From Oscillospiraceae bacterium (lineage in GTDB: Bacteria; Bacillota; Clostridia; Oscillospirales; JAGBHD01), in assembly GCA_018110785.1 (NCBI GenBank), contig JAGBHD010000012.1:390-64389 (forward strand): a DNA stretch of 64,000 nucleotides, in the 5' to 3' direction. Made by a program: the position numbers and the translations under genes. Below the pieces are notes generated by a model. The model saw nothing but the letters and a program-made list of their open reading frames with translations. It had not been told where the DNA came from and made no database searches. Positions 27,558 through 36,826 of the stretch are shown here, piece after piece (the first letter of the stretch is position 1; each line of letters starts with the position of its first letter).

Positions 27558-28397
27558 ATGAAAGAGATATATTTTGAAGATATTGCCTCGGCTGTAGCCA
27601 AGGCTTCGATAGAGGCTAATTTATATCTTCCAAAGGATATTATAAAGGCTCAAGAAAAGGCCGCAAAAACCGAAACGGGAGAGTTACCCTCTTCTATATT
27701 TTCGGTTATGAAGGATAATTTAAATGCCGCAAAAGAGCTTGGTATTCCGATTTGTCAAGATACGGGAATGGCCATAGTTTTTATAGAAATAGGCCGCGAG
27801 GTGCATTTAAACTGCGATTTAAAAGAGGCTGTAAACGATGGTGTTCGCCGCGGATATAAAGAAGGACATCTTCGCTTCTCGGTTGTTCGCGACCCTATCT
27901 TGAGAGGAAATACGGGGGATAATACGCCCGCCATTATATACACTGACATTACAGAGGGCGACTCTTTAAAAATAACCGTTGCCCCCAAGGGCTTCGGAAG
28001 CGAAAATATGAGCAGACAAAAAATGTTTCTTCCGACAGCTTCCAAGGAGGATATTATCGGATTTATAACCGAAACTGTTTCTATCGCGGGAGGAAATCCC
28101 TGCCCGCCTATTGTTATAGGTGTTGGCATTGGAGGAGATTTCGAATATTCTGCATTTCTTTCCAAAAAAGCCTTAACAAGAGATATTTCTGTTTCTAATG
28201 CTGATAAATTTTACAGCGATATGGAGAAAGAGGCTTTGACCGCTGTAAACAAGCTCGGCATAGGTCCTCAAGGGCTTGGCGGAAAAACTACGGCTCTTGC
28301 CGTTAACATTGAGACCTACCCTACCCATATTGCGGGGCTTCCCGTTGCGGTTAATATCGGTTGCCACGTTAACAGACACAAAAGCATTTTGCTTTAA
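27558..28397 (+). CDS. Class I Fe-S hydro-lyase alpha subunit (fumarate hydratase / tartrate dehydratase alpha type)
   Basis: PICQDTGMA, GSENMS, GPQGLGG motifs. About 280 aa, so alpha-only. Confidence 0.85.
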   Translation: MKEIYFEDIASAVAKASIEANLYLPKDIIKAQEKAAKTETGELPSSIFSVMKDNLNAAKELGIPICQDTGMAIVFIEIGREVHLNCDLKEAVNDGVRRGYKEGHLRFSVVRDPILRGNTGDNTPAIIYTDITEGDSLKITVAPKGFGSENMSRQKMFLPTASKEDIIGFITETVSIAGGNPCPPIVIGVGIGGDFEYSAFLSKKALTRDISVSNADKFYSDMEKEALTAVNKLGIGPQGLGGKTTALAVNIETYPTHIAGLPVAVNIGCHVNRHKSILL

Positions 28398-28408
28398 GAA
28401 AGGATATT

Positions 28409-29521
28409 ATGGACAAGCATTTATTTATCTGCCCTTGTATGTTTGGGCTGGAAAGCGTTTTAGCGGGAGAGATTAAAAGACTCGGCGGAGAAGATGTCGT
28501 TACGACTGACGGAAAGGTTAGTTTCAGCGGAAATACAGATATGATAGCCCGCGCAAATATAAATCTTAGGACTGCTGAAAGAGTGCTTTTAGTTTTAGGC
28601 TCTTTTACCGCCACTTCTTTTACGGAGCTTTTTGATAAAACAAAGGCTCTCCCTTGGGAGAGGTATATCGGAAGGGATAATAATTTCCCCGTTAAAGGCT
28701 ATTCCCTTAATTCCAAGCTTTTCAGCATTCCCGATTGCCAGAAGATAATAAAAAAAGCGGTGGTTAGCCGCCTTTCAGAAAAATACCGCATTTCCTGGTT
28801 TGAGGAAACAGGGCCTTTGATGCAAATTCAGTTTTCTATTTTTAAGGATACTGCTACCTTAATGATAGACACATCGGGATATGCGCTTCATAAAAGAGGT
28901 TATCGCAAGACATCTAACGCGGCGCCGATAAAAGAAACCTTGGCGGCAGGAATTATAGACTTCGCGCGAGTTCGCTCCGGCGGCAGTATTTACGACCCTT
29001 TCTGCGGAAGCGGTACTTTTCTTATTGAATCGGCTCTAAGGGCTACAAACACCGCTCCGGGCCTTATGCGCCCATTTCAGGCGATGCGGTGGAATTGGAT
29101 CGACCGAAAAGTTTGGTATAATGCCAAAGATGAGGCGAGAGATAAGATAAATCCTAACCCCGATCTTATTTGCTACGGCAGTGATATTGACCCTGAGGCT
29201 ATAAATCTGACGATGGAAAATGCCCGCGCGGCGGGAGTAGAAAAATATATCAAGGCTGAGGTTCTTGATATAAAGGATTTTAAGCCCAAAACAGAGAATG
29301 GTATTATTTTCGCAAATCCCCCTTACGGTGAACGCCTTTTGGATATAAGACAAGCCGAGAGAATTTATAAAACAATGGGAAAGGTTTTCCCGAAAGACGG
29401 ATTTTCCAAATATATCGTTTCGGCTAGTGAAGATTTTGAAGACTTTTATGGTTTAAAAGCAAATAAAAACCGGAAACTTTTCAATGGCTCTCTTCGCTGC
29501 AGAGTTTATATGTATTATTAG
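28409..29521 (+). CDS. THUMP-domain class I SAM-dependent RNA methyltransferase (RlmL/YpsC-like)
   Basis: THUMP N-terminus, DPFCGSGTFLIE, ANPPYGERL. Confidence 0.85.
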   Translation: MDKHLFICPCMFGLESVLAGEIKRLGGEDVVTTDGKVSFSGNTDMIARANINLRTAERVLLVLGSFTATSFTELFDKTKALPWERYIGRDNNFPVKGYSLNSKLFSIPDCQKIIKKAVVSRLSEKYRISWFEETGPLMQIQFSIFKDTATLMIDTSGYALHKRGYRKTSNAAPIKETLAAGIIDFARVRSGGSIYDPFCGSGTFLIESALRATNTAPGLMRPFQAMRWNWIDRKVWYNAKDEARDKINPNPDLICYGSDIDPEAINLTMENARAAGVEKYIKAEVLDIKDFKPKTENGIIFANPPYGERLLDIRQAERIYKTMGKVFPKDGFSKYIVSASEDFEDFYGLKANKNRKLFNGSLRCRVYMYY

Positions 29522-29692
29522 AAATTTGCAATGAATTGCAACCTTGCGGCAGCATGAATTGAAAGCTGATGCTTTCGTGAATCGCCTGCGGCATGAATTG
29601 TGCCTTTGGCACATTAGTTGCATTTCAATTAATGGAGCGAAGCGAGAAATTATGGCATAGCCAATTCATGATGCGACAGCATCAATTCATCT
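29521..29692. repeat. Array B: ATGAATTG cores (forward, then inverted) punctuating variable mini-hairpins
   Basis: ATGAATTG at 29531, 29554, 29593 (GTGAATCG 29577). CAATTCAT at 29662, 29683 (CAATTAAT 29626). Hairpins at 29561-29576, 29599-29613, 29653-29663, 29669-29684. Confidence 0.7.
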
Positions 29693-29704
29693 ATAAAAAT
29701 GAAC

Positions 29705-29745
29705 AGAGCAAGAATAAAGGGGCTTTCCCCTTTTATTCTTGCTCT
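29705..29745. terminator. Bidirectional intrinsic terminator (18-bp stem)
   Basis: AGAGCAAGAATAAAGGGG-CTTT-CCCCTTTTATTCTTGCTCT between convergent genes. Confidence 0.85.
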
Positions 29746-29829
29746 TTCTGTTTGTTATCTGCTCACATTTTGGCTGAGCTGTAAATTTTCCGCTATGAAA
29801 CTCAACCTAAACTCGCGAAGCTTTTACTT

Positions 29830-31161
29830 TTAGAATCTGCGGCGGTGTCTTACCGTTTTATATTTGCGCCGATTTAACTGACGAACTCTTGCATAAACGA
29901 TAAGTCCGATAAGTCCTAAGACGATTAAGACTACTACACCTATAAACCAAGGAGAGGTTAAAATCTGACCTACTATATCGAATGCCTTCATTGTAGGCGC
30001 GGCAGAAAGATCGCTTCCTGCTACAAGGTTTACCGTTGCAAGTTCTTCATTAGCAAGTTTTAGGGTTATTGTTCCGACGATATCGCCTTTTTTAACGGGA
30101 GCTTTAATGCTTTCGGGAAGATTTTTAATAAGCTGAATACTATCTGCGCTTACTCCCTCGGGCAATAAGAACGAGAAATCCTTTTCGGGATATAAAAGGA
30201 CATAGTCCTTATTCTGAGAAAGGGTTACCTTTACTTCGGCTATAGAGGTTTCCGCCTTTAAAATATTTGTAACCTTTAACTCATCGAAAGCCCAGTTATA
30301 TAAATACTGATGGTCAACAAAGTTTCTATATGTACCGTCGACTGCTTCAAGAGGAGCTTCGAGGGTTACTATAATATAGGAAAAATCATTTTTTTCGGCA
30401 GTTGAAACGAGGTTTCTTCCTGTTTTTCCGCTGGCGCTCGCTTTAGCAGTTGTAGCATATTTATAATAATATGTACCGCCGTTATAATTATCTATAAGAA
30501 CGCTTCCTGTTGATAAAATTCTCTCTGTTCCGTTAACTGCGTTTGCCGCGATAGTATATCTTAGAGAAGAAAACATTTCTTCAAAACCAGAGAGCGTTAA
30601 AGCATGGCGATAGATTTTGAAAAGGTCCTCAGCCGTTGTATAGTCTTCATCGGACAAGGCTCCGTGAGGTGTTGTAAAATGAGTATTACTGCAACCAAGC
30701 TCAGCTGCTTTATTATTCATCATCTCGACAAATGCGGGAATACTTCCCTTTCCTACATAATCGGCAATAATATTAGCCGCCTCGCAGGAAGACTGGATTA
30801 CCATAGCATATAAAAGGTCCTTAACCGTTACCGTTTCACCCATTCTTATATCGGCTGTAGGCAGACCTTGGAGATACAGCTCATCATATATATAAGCAGG
30901 CGCTGTTACAGGCTCTTCCCACCCTGTAACATTTTCAGCGGCAACTATCGCCGTCATAATCTGGGCAAGATAGGCAGGATCCTTTTTCTCTGCGGCATTT
31001 TTAGAATATACCATTGACTCTGATGTAAGGCTATACATATAAACAGCCTCACTCGTAGGCTCTGTTGACGGAGTATAGGTATAGGCAGAGGCAAAAACAG
31101 AGCTGCAGAAGATGAACGCAAACAAAAGGCAAATTATTTTTTTCATCTTTTTCATAGACAT
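29830..31161 (-). CDS. S11 (PBP5/DacB-like) D-Ala-D-Ala carboxypeptidase homologue, active-site motifs degenerate
   Basis: Signal peptide, S11-like core with KTG box (SGKTGR), PBP5_C-like region, C-terminal TM plus basic tail. The SxxK position reads AYLAQ and the SxN position reads SSC. Confidence 0.8.
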   Translation of the reverse strand: MSMKKMKKIICLLFAFIFCSSVFASAYTYTPSTEPTSEAVYMYSLTSESMVYSKNAAEKKDPAYLAQIMTAIVAAENVTGWEEPVTAPAYIYDELYLQGLPTADIRMGETVTVKDLLYAMVIQSSCEAANIIADYVGKGSIPAFVEMMNNKAAELGCSNTHFTTPHGALSDEDYTTAEDLFKIYRHALTLSGFEEMFSSLRYTIAANAVNGTERILSTGSVLIDNYNGGTYYYKYATTAKASASGKTGRNLVSTAEKNDFSYIIVTLEAPLEAVDGTYRNFVDHQYLYNWAFDELKVTNILKAETSIAEVKVTLSQNKDYVLLYPEKDFSFLLPEGVSADSIQLIKNLPESIKAPVKKGDIVGTITLKLANEELATVNLVAGSDLSAAPTMKAFDIVGQILTSPWFIGVVVLIVLGLIGLIVYARVRQLNRRKYKTVRHRRRF

Positions 31162-31251
31162 TCCCCTAAAAATATTATATACTTAATTATAGTATAGCAA
31201 AATTGAGAACAAAAGCAAATAGTTTTTTAAAGATTTCCGGGAGGAATTTTT

Positions 31252-31947
31252 TTGGTATATATTACAGGCGATATGCACGGTGAATTAGACAGGTTTTCGG
31301 ACAAAACAATAAAGAAGCTGAAAAAGGGCGATTTTCTTATTGTATGCGGTGATTTCGGCTTTATCTGGGATAATTCTCCCGATGAGCTAAAAGCGAGAAG
31401 AAAGATAGCCAAAAAGCCCTTTTACACCCTTTTTATTGAGGGAATAAATGAAAACCATTCTCTTTTATCTAAGTTTCCCGAAACTGAATTTATGGGCGGA
31501 AAGGCTCAGCAGATAGAGGGAAATATATTCAGACTTAAAAAGGGCGAAGCATATACTATCTGCGAAAAGAAGTTTTTAACTATCGGCGGCGGTGATACTT
31601 TGGATTATGTAACCGAAAACCCCGACGGAACTCTTTTTTCCGATGAGGAAAGAAAGAATATAGACGAAAGCTTAAAAAGGCACGAAAAAAAATTCGATTA
31701 TATAATAACCCACGATGCGCCGAATTCCATTAAGCAGTTTATGGGCATCGGAGAGCATTCTTTCGGACATATTTGCGAGGAATTGGAAAATATTTTCAAG
31801 ACCGCTTCATTTACAAGATGGTTTTTTGGAAAATATCATCTTGATAAACAGATAAGCTACAAGCTTTGCGCAGTTTTCTCGAAGGTTTATCCCCTTTTCG
31901 ATACCGCTTTACCTAAAAAGAAAAAAGCAAGACAAAAGTCTAAATAG
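31252..31947 (+). CDS. Metallophosphoesterase
   Basis: ITGDMHGE, VCGDFG, IITHDAP motifs. Non-ATG (TTG) start in the track. Confidence 0.7.
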   Translation: MVYITGDMHGELDRFSDKTIKKLKKGDFLIVCGDFGFIWDNSPDELKARRKIAKKPFYTLFIEGINENHSLLSKFPETEFMGGKAQQIEGNIFRLKKGEAYTICEKKFLTIGGGDTLDYVTENPDGTLFSDEERKNIDESLKRHEKKFDYIITHDAPNSIKQFMGIGEHSFGHICEELENIFKTASFTRWFFGKYHLDKQISYKLCAVFSKVYPLFDTALPKKKKARQKSK

Positions 31948-31994
31948 ATATAAAGACAGTTTTGTCTGTCTTTAATAAAAAGGCAGAGATAAAT

Positions 31995-32663
31995 ATGAAA
32001 AATAATTTTATTTATATAACCGATAAATCGTGGTTTGAAATCGGAGGGCTAAAAAATCCTATCGCTATATTAGATCATAAACTTGAAAAGATTTATCCTG
32101 AGCTTTATAATTTGGAATACGACTTGAAACTATTGGTTGCAAAACCCGCAACCGAAACAGAAAAGTCAGCACCTTTTTATAATGACTATAGAGAAAAATA
32201 CGGCAGTTCAGATATTAGCGCTCTTGGCGCGGCGGCAAAAATAAGTACTGCCAAACATGTATTTTTAAATGGTTTTTATCAAGAGCATCTTGAGTATATT
32301 ATCCCTTTTATAAAAGATACAGTTGAAGTATTATATCTATTTAAATGTCCAAAAATAAACGATCTTTCTGTTTTATCTGAATTAAAAAATTTAAAATGCC
32401 TATTTGTATATTGGAATAACTCTTTCGAACGCTTGTGGGATATGACAAACAACCAAAATTTAAAAATCATTTCTTTTATTTCTGTAACTAAGCTTAACAA
32501 TATTGACACTCTAAAAAACTCAAATGTTGAATATATCACCTTTGATAGTTCGGATAACTCCGATAATAAAAAATGCTTATTATTTGACAGAACTGCACTT
32601 GATGAAATTCCTCACTTAAAGAATTTAACTCTTGTATATAAAGACTATAACATTGACTTTTAA
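31995..32663 (+). CDS. Hypothetical cytoplasmic protein with leucine-rich-repeat-like C-terminal half
   Basis: LSVLSELKNLKCLFVYWNN...NLKIISFISVTKLNNIDTLKNSNVEYITF periodicity. Start taken at ATG 31995 (the track ORF begins at 31962 with TTG). Confidence 0.45.
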   Translation: MKNNFIYITDKSWFEIGGLKNPIAILDHKLEKIYPELYNLEYDLKLLVAKPATETEKSAPFYNDYREKYGSSDISALGAAAKISTAKHVFLNGFYQEHLEYIIPFIKDTVEVLYLFKCPKINDLSVLSELKNLKCLFVYWNNSFERLWDMTNNQNLKIISFISVTKLNNIDTLKNSNVEYITFDSSDNSDNKKCLLFDRTALDEIPHLKNLTLVYKDYNIDF

Positions 32664-32670
32664 TACATTG

Positions 32671-32699
32671 AAAAGCCCGACCTTTCGGTCGGGCTTTTT
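32671..32699. terminator. Bidirectional terminator
   Basis: AAAA-GCCCGACC-TTTC-GGTCGGGC-TTTTT. Confidence 0.9.
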
Positions 32700-32706
32700 G
32701 ATTTTA

Positions 32707-33849
32707 TTAGTTGCAGATTGTTTTCTCTGTATCTTTATCGAATACATGGATAGCTTTGGGATCAATAGCAAGCTTAACTGTATCGCCTGCTTTAGCTGCG
32801 GCCTTACCTGTAACTCTTGCAACGAGAGGATAGCCCTCGCAGTTGAGATAGAGATAGGTTTCAGCACCCATAAGCTCTGTTACTTCAACATTGCATTCGA
32901 TAACACCGCTTGTAGCGTTTGCGATCATTTCCTCATTTTCATAGATATGCTCAGGACGAATGCCAAGGATAACGGGTTTATCAATATACTGAGAGAAGAT
33001 ATCATGACGGTTTTTCTCATCGGAAATTTCAACAAGATATTTTTTACCTTCGCTTGTTTTGGTTCTTTCAGAGCCGAACTCAACGAAGAATTTACCATCA
33101 ATTTTTCTAACCATCGCATCAACACTATTCATTTGAGGAGTTCCTATAAATCCTGCAACGAAGAGGTTAGCGGGTTTATCATAGAGATCAGGAGGAGTTG
33201 CTACCTGCTGGATAAGACCGTCTTTCATAACGACGATTCTATCAGCCATTGTCATAGCCTCTACCTGATCATGAGTAACGTAAATAAAGGTTGTTCCAAG
33301 GCGAACATGAAGCTTTGTAAGCTCGGTTCTCATCTGAGCACGAAGCTTAGCATCGAGGTTGGAAAGCGGCTCGTCGAGAAGGAATACCTTAGGCTCACGA
33401 ACGATTGCACGACCGAGAGCAACACGCTGACGCTGACCACCCGAAAGAGCCTTCGGCTTTCTTTCAAGAAGATGCTCAATATCGAGAATTCTTGCTGCTT
33501 CTTCAACTCTTCTGCGGATTTCATCCTTAGGAGTTTTACGGAGCTTAAGACCGAATGCCATATTTTCATAAACTGTCATATGAGGATAAAGAGCATAGTT
33601 CTGGAAAACCATTGCGATATCTCTATCCTTAGGAGCGATATCGTTAACAAGTCTGTCTCCGATATAGAGCTCACCATCGGAAATTTCTTCCAAACCCGCG
33701 ATCATACGAAGGGTTGTAGATTTTCCGCAACCTGACGGGCCAACGAGGATAATAAATTCTTTATCCTTGATTTCAAGATTGAAATCCGATACTGCAACAA
33801 CGCCGCCGGGATATTTTTTATAAATACCTTTTAATGAAAGGCTTGCCAT
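32707..33849 (-). CDS. msmX: Sugar ABC transporter ATP-binding protein (MalK/UgpC/MsmX family)
   Basis: [34 protein letters not shown]-terminal TOBE-like regulatory domain. No cognate permease genes are adjacent. Confidence 0.9.
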   Translation of the reverse strand: MASLSLKGIYKKYPGGVVAVSDFNLEIKDKEFIILVGPSGCGKSTTLRMIAGLEEISDGELYIGDRLVNDIAPKDRDIAMVFQNYALYPHMTVYENMAFGLKLRKTPKDEIRRRVEEAARILDIEHLLERKPKALSGGQRQRVALGRAIVREPKVFLLDEPLSNLDAKLRAQMRTELTKLHVRLGTTFIYVTHDQVEAMTMADRIVVMKDGLIQQVATPPDLYDKPANLFVAGFIGTPQMNSVDAMVRKIDGKFFVEFGSERTKTSEGKKYLVEISDEKNRHDIFSQYIDKPVILGIRPEHIYENEEMIANATSGVIECNVEVTELMGAETYLYLNCEGYPLVARVTGKAAAKAGDTVKLAIDPKAIHVFDKDTEKTICN

Positions 33850-34035
33850 TTTTAGGACCTCCTGTGTTGTTCTTTCAAATTTAAACGACTTATAGCCGTA
33901 TTTACTACATTATAATACCAAATCTTTTCAGAAAAATCTATTGCTATTTTTACCGAATATTTTATTTTTTATATGGTAGAATTCACAACACATTTTCCGC
34001 CTTTTCTTCTTTTCGTGCAAAATGAAATTCAATGT

Positions 34036-34725
34036 TCACCCTCTTTGTGCAATTTTGCCAATGTCTTCAGCCGTAAGCTTTTTATACTCCCCCGCTTTAA
34101 GATTTTCATCAAGGTTTAAATTTCCCATTCTTATTCTTTCTAAGGACACTACTTTTAATCCGTATTTTAAGAACATTCTTTTAATCTGATGGTATTTACC
34201 TTCCTTTAAGACTACAGCTGCCCGCTTTTCGCTTAAAATCTTCAAAACAGCGGGAAGCGCCGTAAAATCGCCGAGGTCTACACCCTCTTTGAAAAAGTCT
34301 ATAAGCTCTGATGGAATAGCCAAATCGGTTTCAACTATATATTCTTTTTCTACATGGCGCGAGGGTGATAAAATTTTATGGGCAAATTCCCCATCATCTG
34401 TTATTAAAAGAAAACCTGTTGTATCGCGGTCAAGTCTGCCTGCGGGAAAAAGGTTTCTGTTTCCTCTTTCCTTTATTAAATCAACAACGGTTTTTTCCTT
34501 TTTATCCTCTGATGCGCTGACTATGCCGCCCGGCTTATTCATCATATAATAAACATTTTTTTCATAGACTATTTTTTCCCCGTCAAGAAAAATAATACTA
34601 TTTTCTGAAAATTTTTCAGCAGGGTTGGTTTTTAAAACACCATCTACCGATACTTTTCCTCCGCGTATGTAAGCCTTTGCATCGTTTCGGCTTAAAAGTC
34701 CTGCCTTGCTTACTAATTTATCCAA
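34036..34725 (-). CDS. Pseudouridine synthase, RsuA family
   Basis: S4 N-terminus, PAGRLDRDTTGFLLITDDGEF, EGKYHQIKRM. Confidence 0.85.
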   Translation of the reverse strand: MDKLVSKAGLLSRNDAKAYIRGGKVSVDGVLKTNPAEKFSENSIIFLDGEKIVYEKNVYYMMNKPGGIVSASEDKKEKTVVDLIKERGNRNLFPAGRLDRDTTGFLLITDDGEFAHKILSPSRHVEKEYIVETDLAIPSELIDFFKEGVDLGDFTALPAVLKILSEKRAAVVLKEGKYHQIKRMFLKYGLKVVSLERIRMGNLNLDENLKAGEYKKLTAEDIGKIAQRG

Positions 34726-34747
34726 TCGCTCCGTAGAAATCTACCTC

Positions 34748-35245
34748 CTATACTTTTTCAAATCCGTGCATAAACCCTCCAAGCTCTGTTGATGAGACAT
34801 CACCGCCGATTATCATTCCGTTAAAAACAAGCATATTTGCATGAATTTCCGTTTCTTTTTCCGGATAGTTTGTTATTTCATATGTATAGCATTTAACACG
34901 CTTACCCTTATATTTGCTTAAATCCAAGTCCTGCGCTTTCTGGATATTATTATAGTTTTCATAGGTATCGTTAAATTCAGTTGGAATTATGACCTCTGTA
35001 ATTTCTACAGGCTCCTCCCCCGTTTCCCAGCCAAACTCCTTTAAAAAATTTATCCGCTCTGTATTTGTTCCCGCTGAATAGGCTTTTATTTTCGAAGAAG
35101 CCGAGAAGGTATCGGTATATCGGTCAGCCGAGGAAGAAATAAGCGAAAGTCCATACAACGCTACCGAAAAAAAGCAAAAGACCAACAACACTTTTCTTAT
35201 CGTTTTCATTTTCATATTAACAACAAACATATAACCACTCCTCAC
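34748..35245 (-). CDS. Hypothetical membrane-anchored protein (resembles DUF4830 family from memory)
   Basis: N-terminal TM, FLKEFGWE...EVIIP...Y motif pattern. Confidence 0.5.
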   Translation of the reverse strand: MRSGYMFVVNMKMKTIRKVLLVFCFFSVALYGLSLISSSADRYTDTFSASSKIKAYSAGTNTERINFLKEFGWETGEEPVEITEVIIPTEFNDTYENYNNIQKAQDLDLSKYKGKRVKCYTYEITNYPEKETEIHANMLVFNGMIIGGDVSSTELGGFMHGFEKV

Positions 35246-35277
35246 ATATTCTTAAAAAAAGTATATGGGAATTTAGC

Positions 35278-35982
35278 TTAGGTAATTCTGTTTTTTTCTA
35301 TAATATATCGGGCATAAAGACAAACTGAGGCTATCGCTTTGGGAATAAAATAAAAAGCGGGTAAAATCAAAAGCGATGGAATAATACACCCAATTAAAGA
35401 CAGCAAAAAAAATGCTGTTTTTTCGCTCTCGGTTTTCATTATCCGAACTGAGGTTTTTATAATTTCAGATATTTTCGCCTCATTGTTTTCGCATAGAATA
35501 AATGGACAAGCAAAATATCTCAACATAAAAAACAGGTATAATACTAAAGTTACGGCAAGTAAAATCAAAACAATTGCATCAAGGCAAAAAAGCAACACTT
35601 CTGACGAAAAATAGATAATTCCTTTTTTTGCGGCAATAGAAACTGCCCAAAATGCGGCAGGCACCGAGAAAAATAAAAAAGCCCAGACTAGAGATAAAAG
35701 CTGAAGGGATATATTTAAAAGGAGCACTTTCCAAGGAGAGGGCGTATTAAACTGACACAAGGAAGCCTTTTTATAGTACCAAAAAAGGGTATAAAACAAG
35801 TTTTCGTAAAAAATAAAGACAAACACAAAAAACGAAATTAAAGGGGAAGATATAGTTTTAGCCAAAAAAAGATGCAAAGAAAACGTAGCTATCAGCAAGG
35901 CTATAAAAAGGACAGCCTTTAAATACTGTCCCTTTAAAGATATGCTCGCGCCTTTTCGTATCTTGCGGCCCTCAATCTCCAT
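35278..35982 (-). CDS. Hypothetical polytopic membrane protein
   Basis: 5-6 hydrophobic segments. No recognised catalytic motif. Confidence 0.5.
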   Translation of the reverse strand: MEIEGRKIRKGASISLKGQYLKAVLFIALLIATFSLHLFLAKTISSPLISFFVFVFIFYENLFYTLFWYYKKASLCQFNTPSPWKVLLLNISLQLLSLVWAFLFFSVPAAFWAVSIAAKKGIIYFSSEVLLFCLDAIVLILLAVTLVLYLFFMLRYFACPFILCENNEAKISEIIKTSVRIMKTESEKTAFFLLSLIGCIIPSLLILPAFYFIPKAIASVCLYARYIIEKNRIT

Positions 35983-36006
35983 TTTTTCAACCCCTTTATA
36001 GGAGCC

Positions 36007-36657
36007 TTAATCGAGATTATAGAAACCGTAGTCCTTATTTTCCTCGCTTTCGGGTATTCTCGACAAGACTTCAAAGATACCGTCTCTCTGCCAGAGCTCC
36101 GGTGTTATCATTACAGTAAAGCCTTTGCCGTTTTTACAGAAATATTCCTGAGGCGGTCTTTTTTCTATGTCAAAAAGATACATAAGCCTTAAAATTACGC
36201 CGCTATGGGTTACTGCCGCGGCGGAATATACCTTTCTTTTCTGCATATCAAGAAGAATCTCATTTATAGCAGCTATACAGCGCTTTGTAAAATCATTATT
36301 AGTTTCTCCCAAAGGCGGTGTATCCTTCATTTTGCCTTCGGTCCATTTTATAAAGGCTTCGTTATCCTTAAGCTCTTCCGGAGTTTTTCCGTCGAACAGA
36401 CCGAAATTATATTCTCTGAGGGAATCTACAGGGACTATCAATCTGTCGGGATATAGAATCTCGGCAGTCTGACTACACCTGATTAGAGGACTTGTATAAA
36501 CCACAGAAGCGCGCGGGTACTCTCTTGCTTTTGAGAGATATTCAATCTCTTCTTTACCTTTTTTAGAAAGCGGCGCATCGGTAACACCTAAAAAGCGTCC
36601 CTCTTCGTTCCCCTCGGCAAGACCATGGCGGATTAAATGGATTTTGTAACTTTTCAT
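36007..36657 (-). CDS. Histidine phosphatase family protein (phosphoglycerate mutase/CobC-like)
   Basis: IHLIRHGLAEGN (RHG motif), VTHSG. Start set at Met32 of the track ORF (ATG 36657), because the upstream extension overlaps a promoter. Confidence 0.8.
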   Translation of the reverse strand: MKSYKIHLIRHGLAEGNEEGRFLGVTDAPLSKKGKEEIEYLSKAREYPRASVVYTSPLIRCSQTAEILYPDRLIVPVDSLREYNFGLFDGKTPEELKDNEAFIKWTEGKMKDTPPLGETNNDFTKRCIAAINEILLDMQKRKVYSAAAVTHSGVILRLMYLFDIEKRPPQEYFCKNGKGFTVMITPELWQRDGIFEVLSRIPESEENKDYGFYNLD

Positions 36658-36715
36658 AAAAACAACCCTCTTTTTTTGTTGAAACGACCAATTTTGATAT
36701 TTTTTGATTTTTTTC

Positions 36716-36744
36716 TTTACAAATCGATTCTTTTGTACTATAAT
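36716..36744 (+). promoter_or_regulatory. Near-consensus sigma-A promoter of the XRE regulator gene (TTTACA-17-TATAAT)
   Basis: Hexamers at 36716-36721 and 36739-36744. Confidence 0.65.
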
Positions 36745-36799
36745 CAACAATGCGTTGATTTTAAATTATTTTTCGCATTTATATTTAACAATCCGTTGA
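36744..36799 (+). promoter_or_regulatory. Two copies of a 15-bp dyad (TCAACAATGCGTTGA; TTAACAATCCGTTGA), candidate operators
   Basis: Site 1 is at 36744-36758, abutting the -10. Site 2 is at 36785-36799, 41 bp downstream. Both are followed by TTTT. Confidence 0.45.
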
Positions 36800-36826
36800 T
36801 TTTTTTAAGAAAGGAGGCCCTTCCCT

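Noticed and set aside
29593-29784. 63-aa ORF (MNCAFGTL...) plus tiny MNC-starting ORFs in array B
   Set aside because: There is no RBS. The ORF runs through the hairpin array and straight through the bidirectional terminator stem. The repeated ATGAATTG core creates the ATGs by itself.
32632-33735. 367-aa ORF on the plus strand
   Set aside because: It lies entirely antisense to the very well conserved MalK/MsmX-type ABC ATPase gene. Its translation is Cys/Phe/Ile/Asn-rich with no motif, so it is a typical shadow ORF.
36658-36750. 31-codon N-terminal extension of the histidine phosphatase ORF
   Set aside because: It is Lys-rich with no SD, and it overlaps the divergent XRE promoter and operator. 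The conserved IHLIRHG motif follows directly after Met32.
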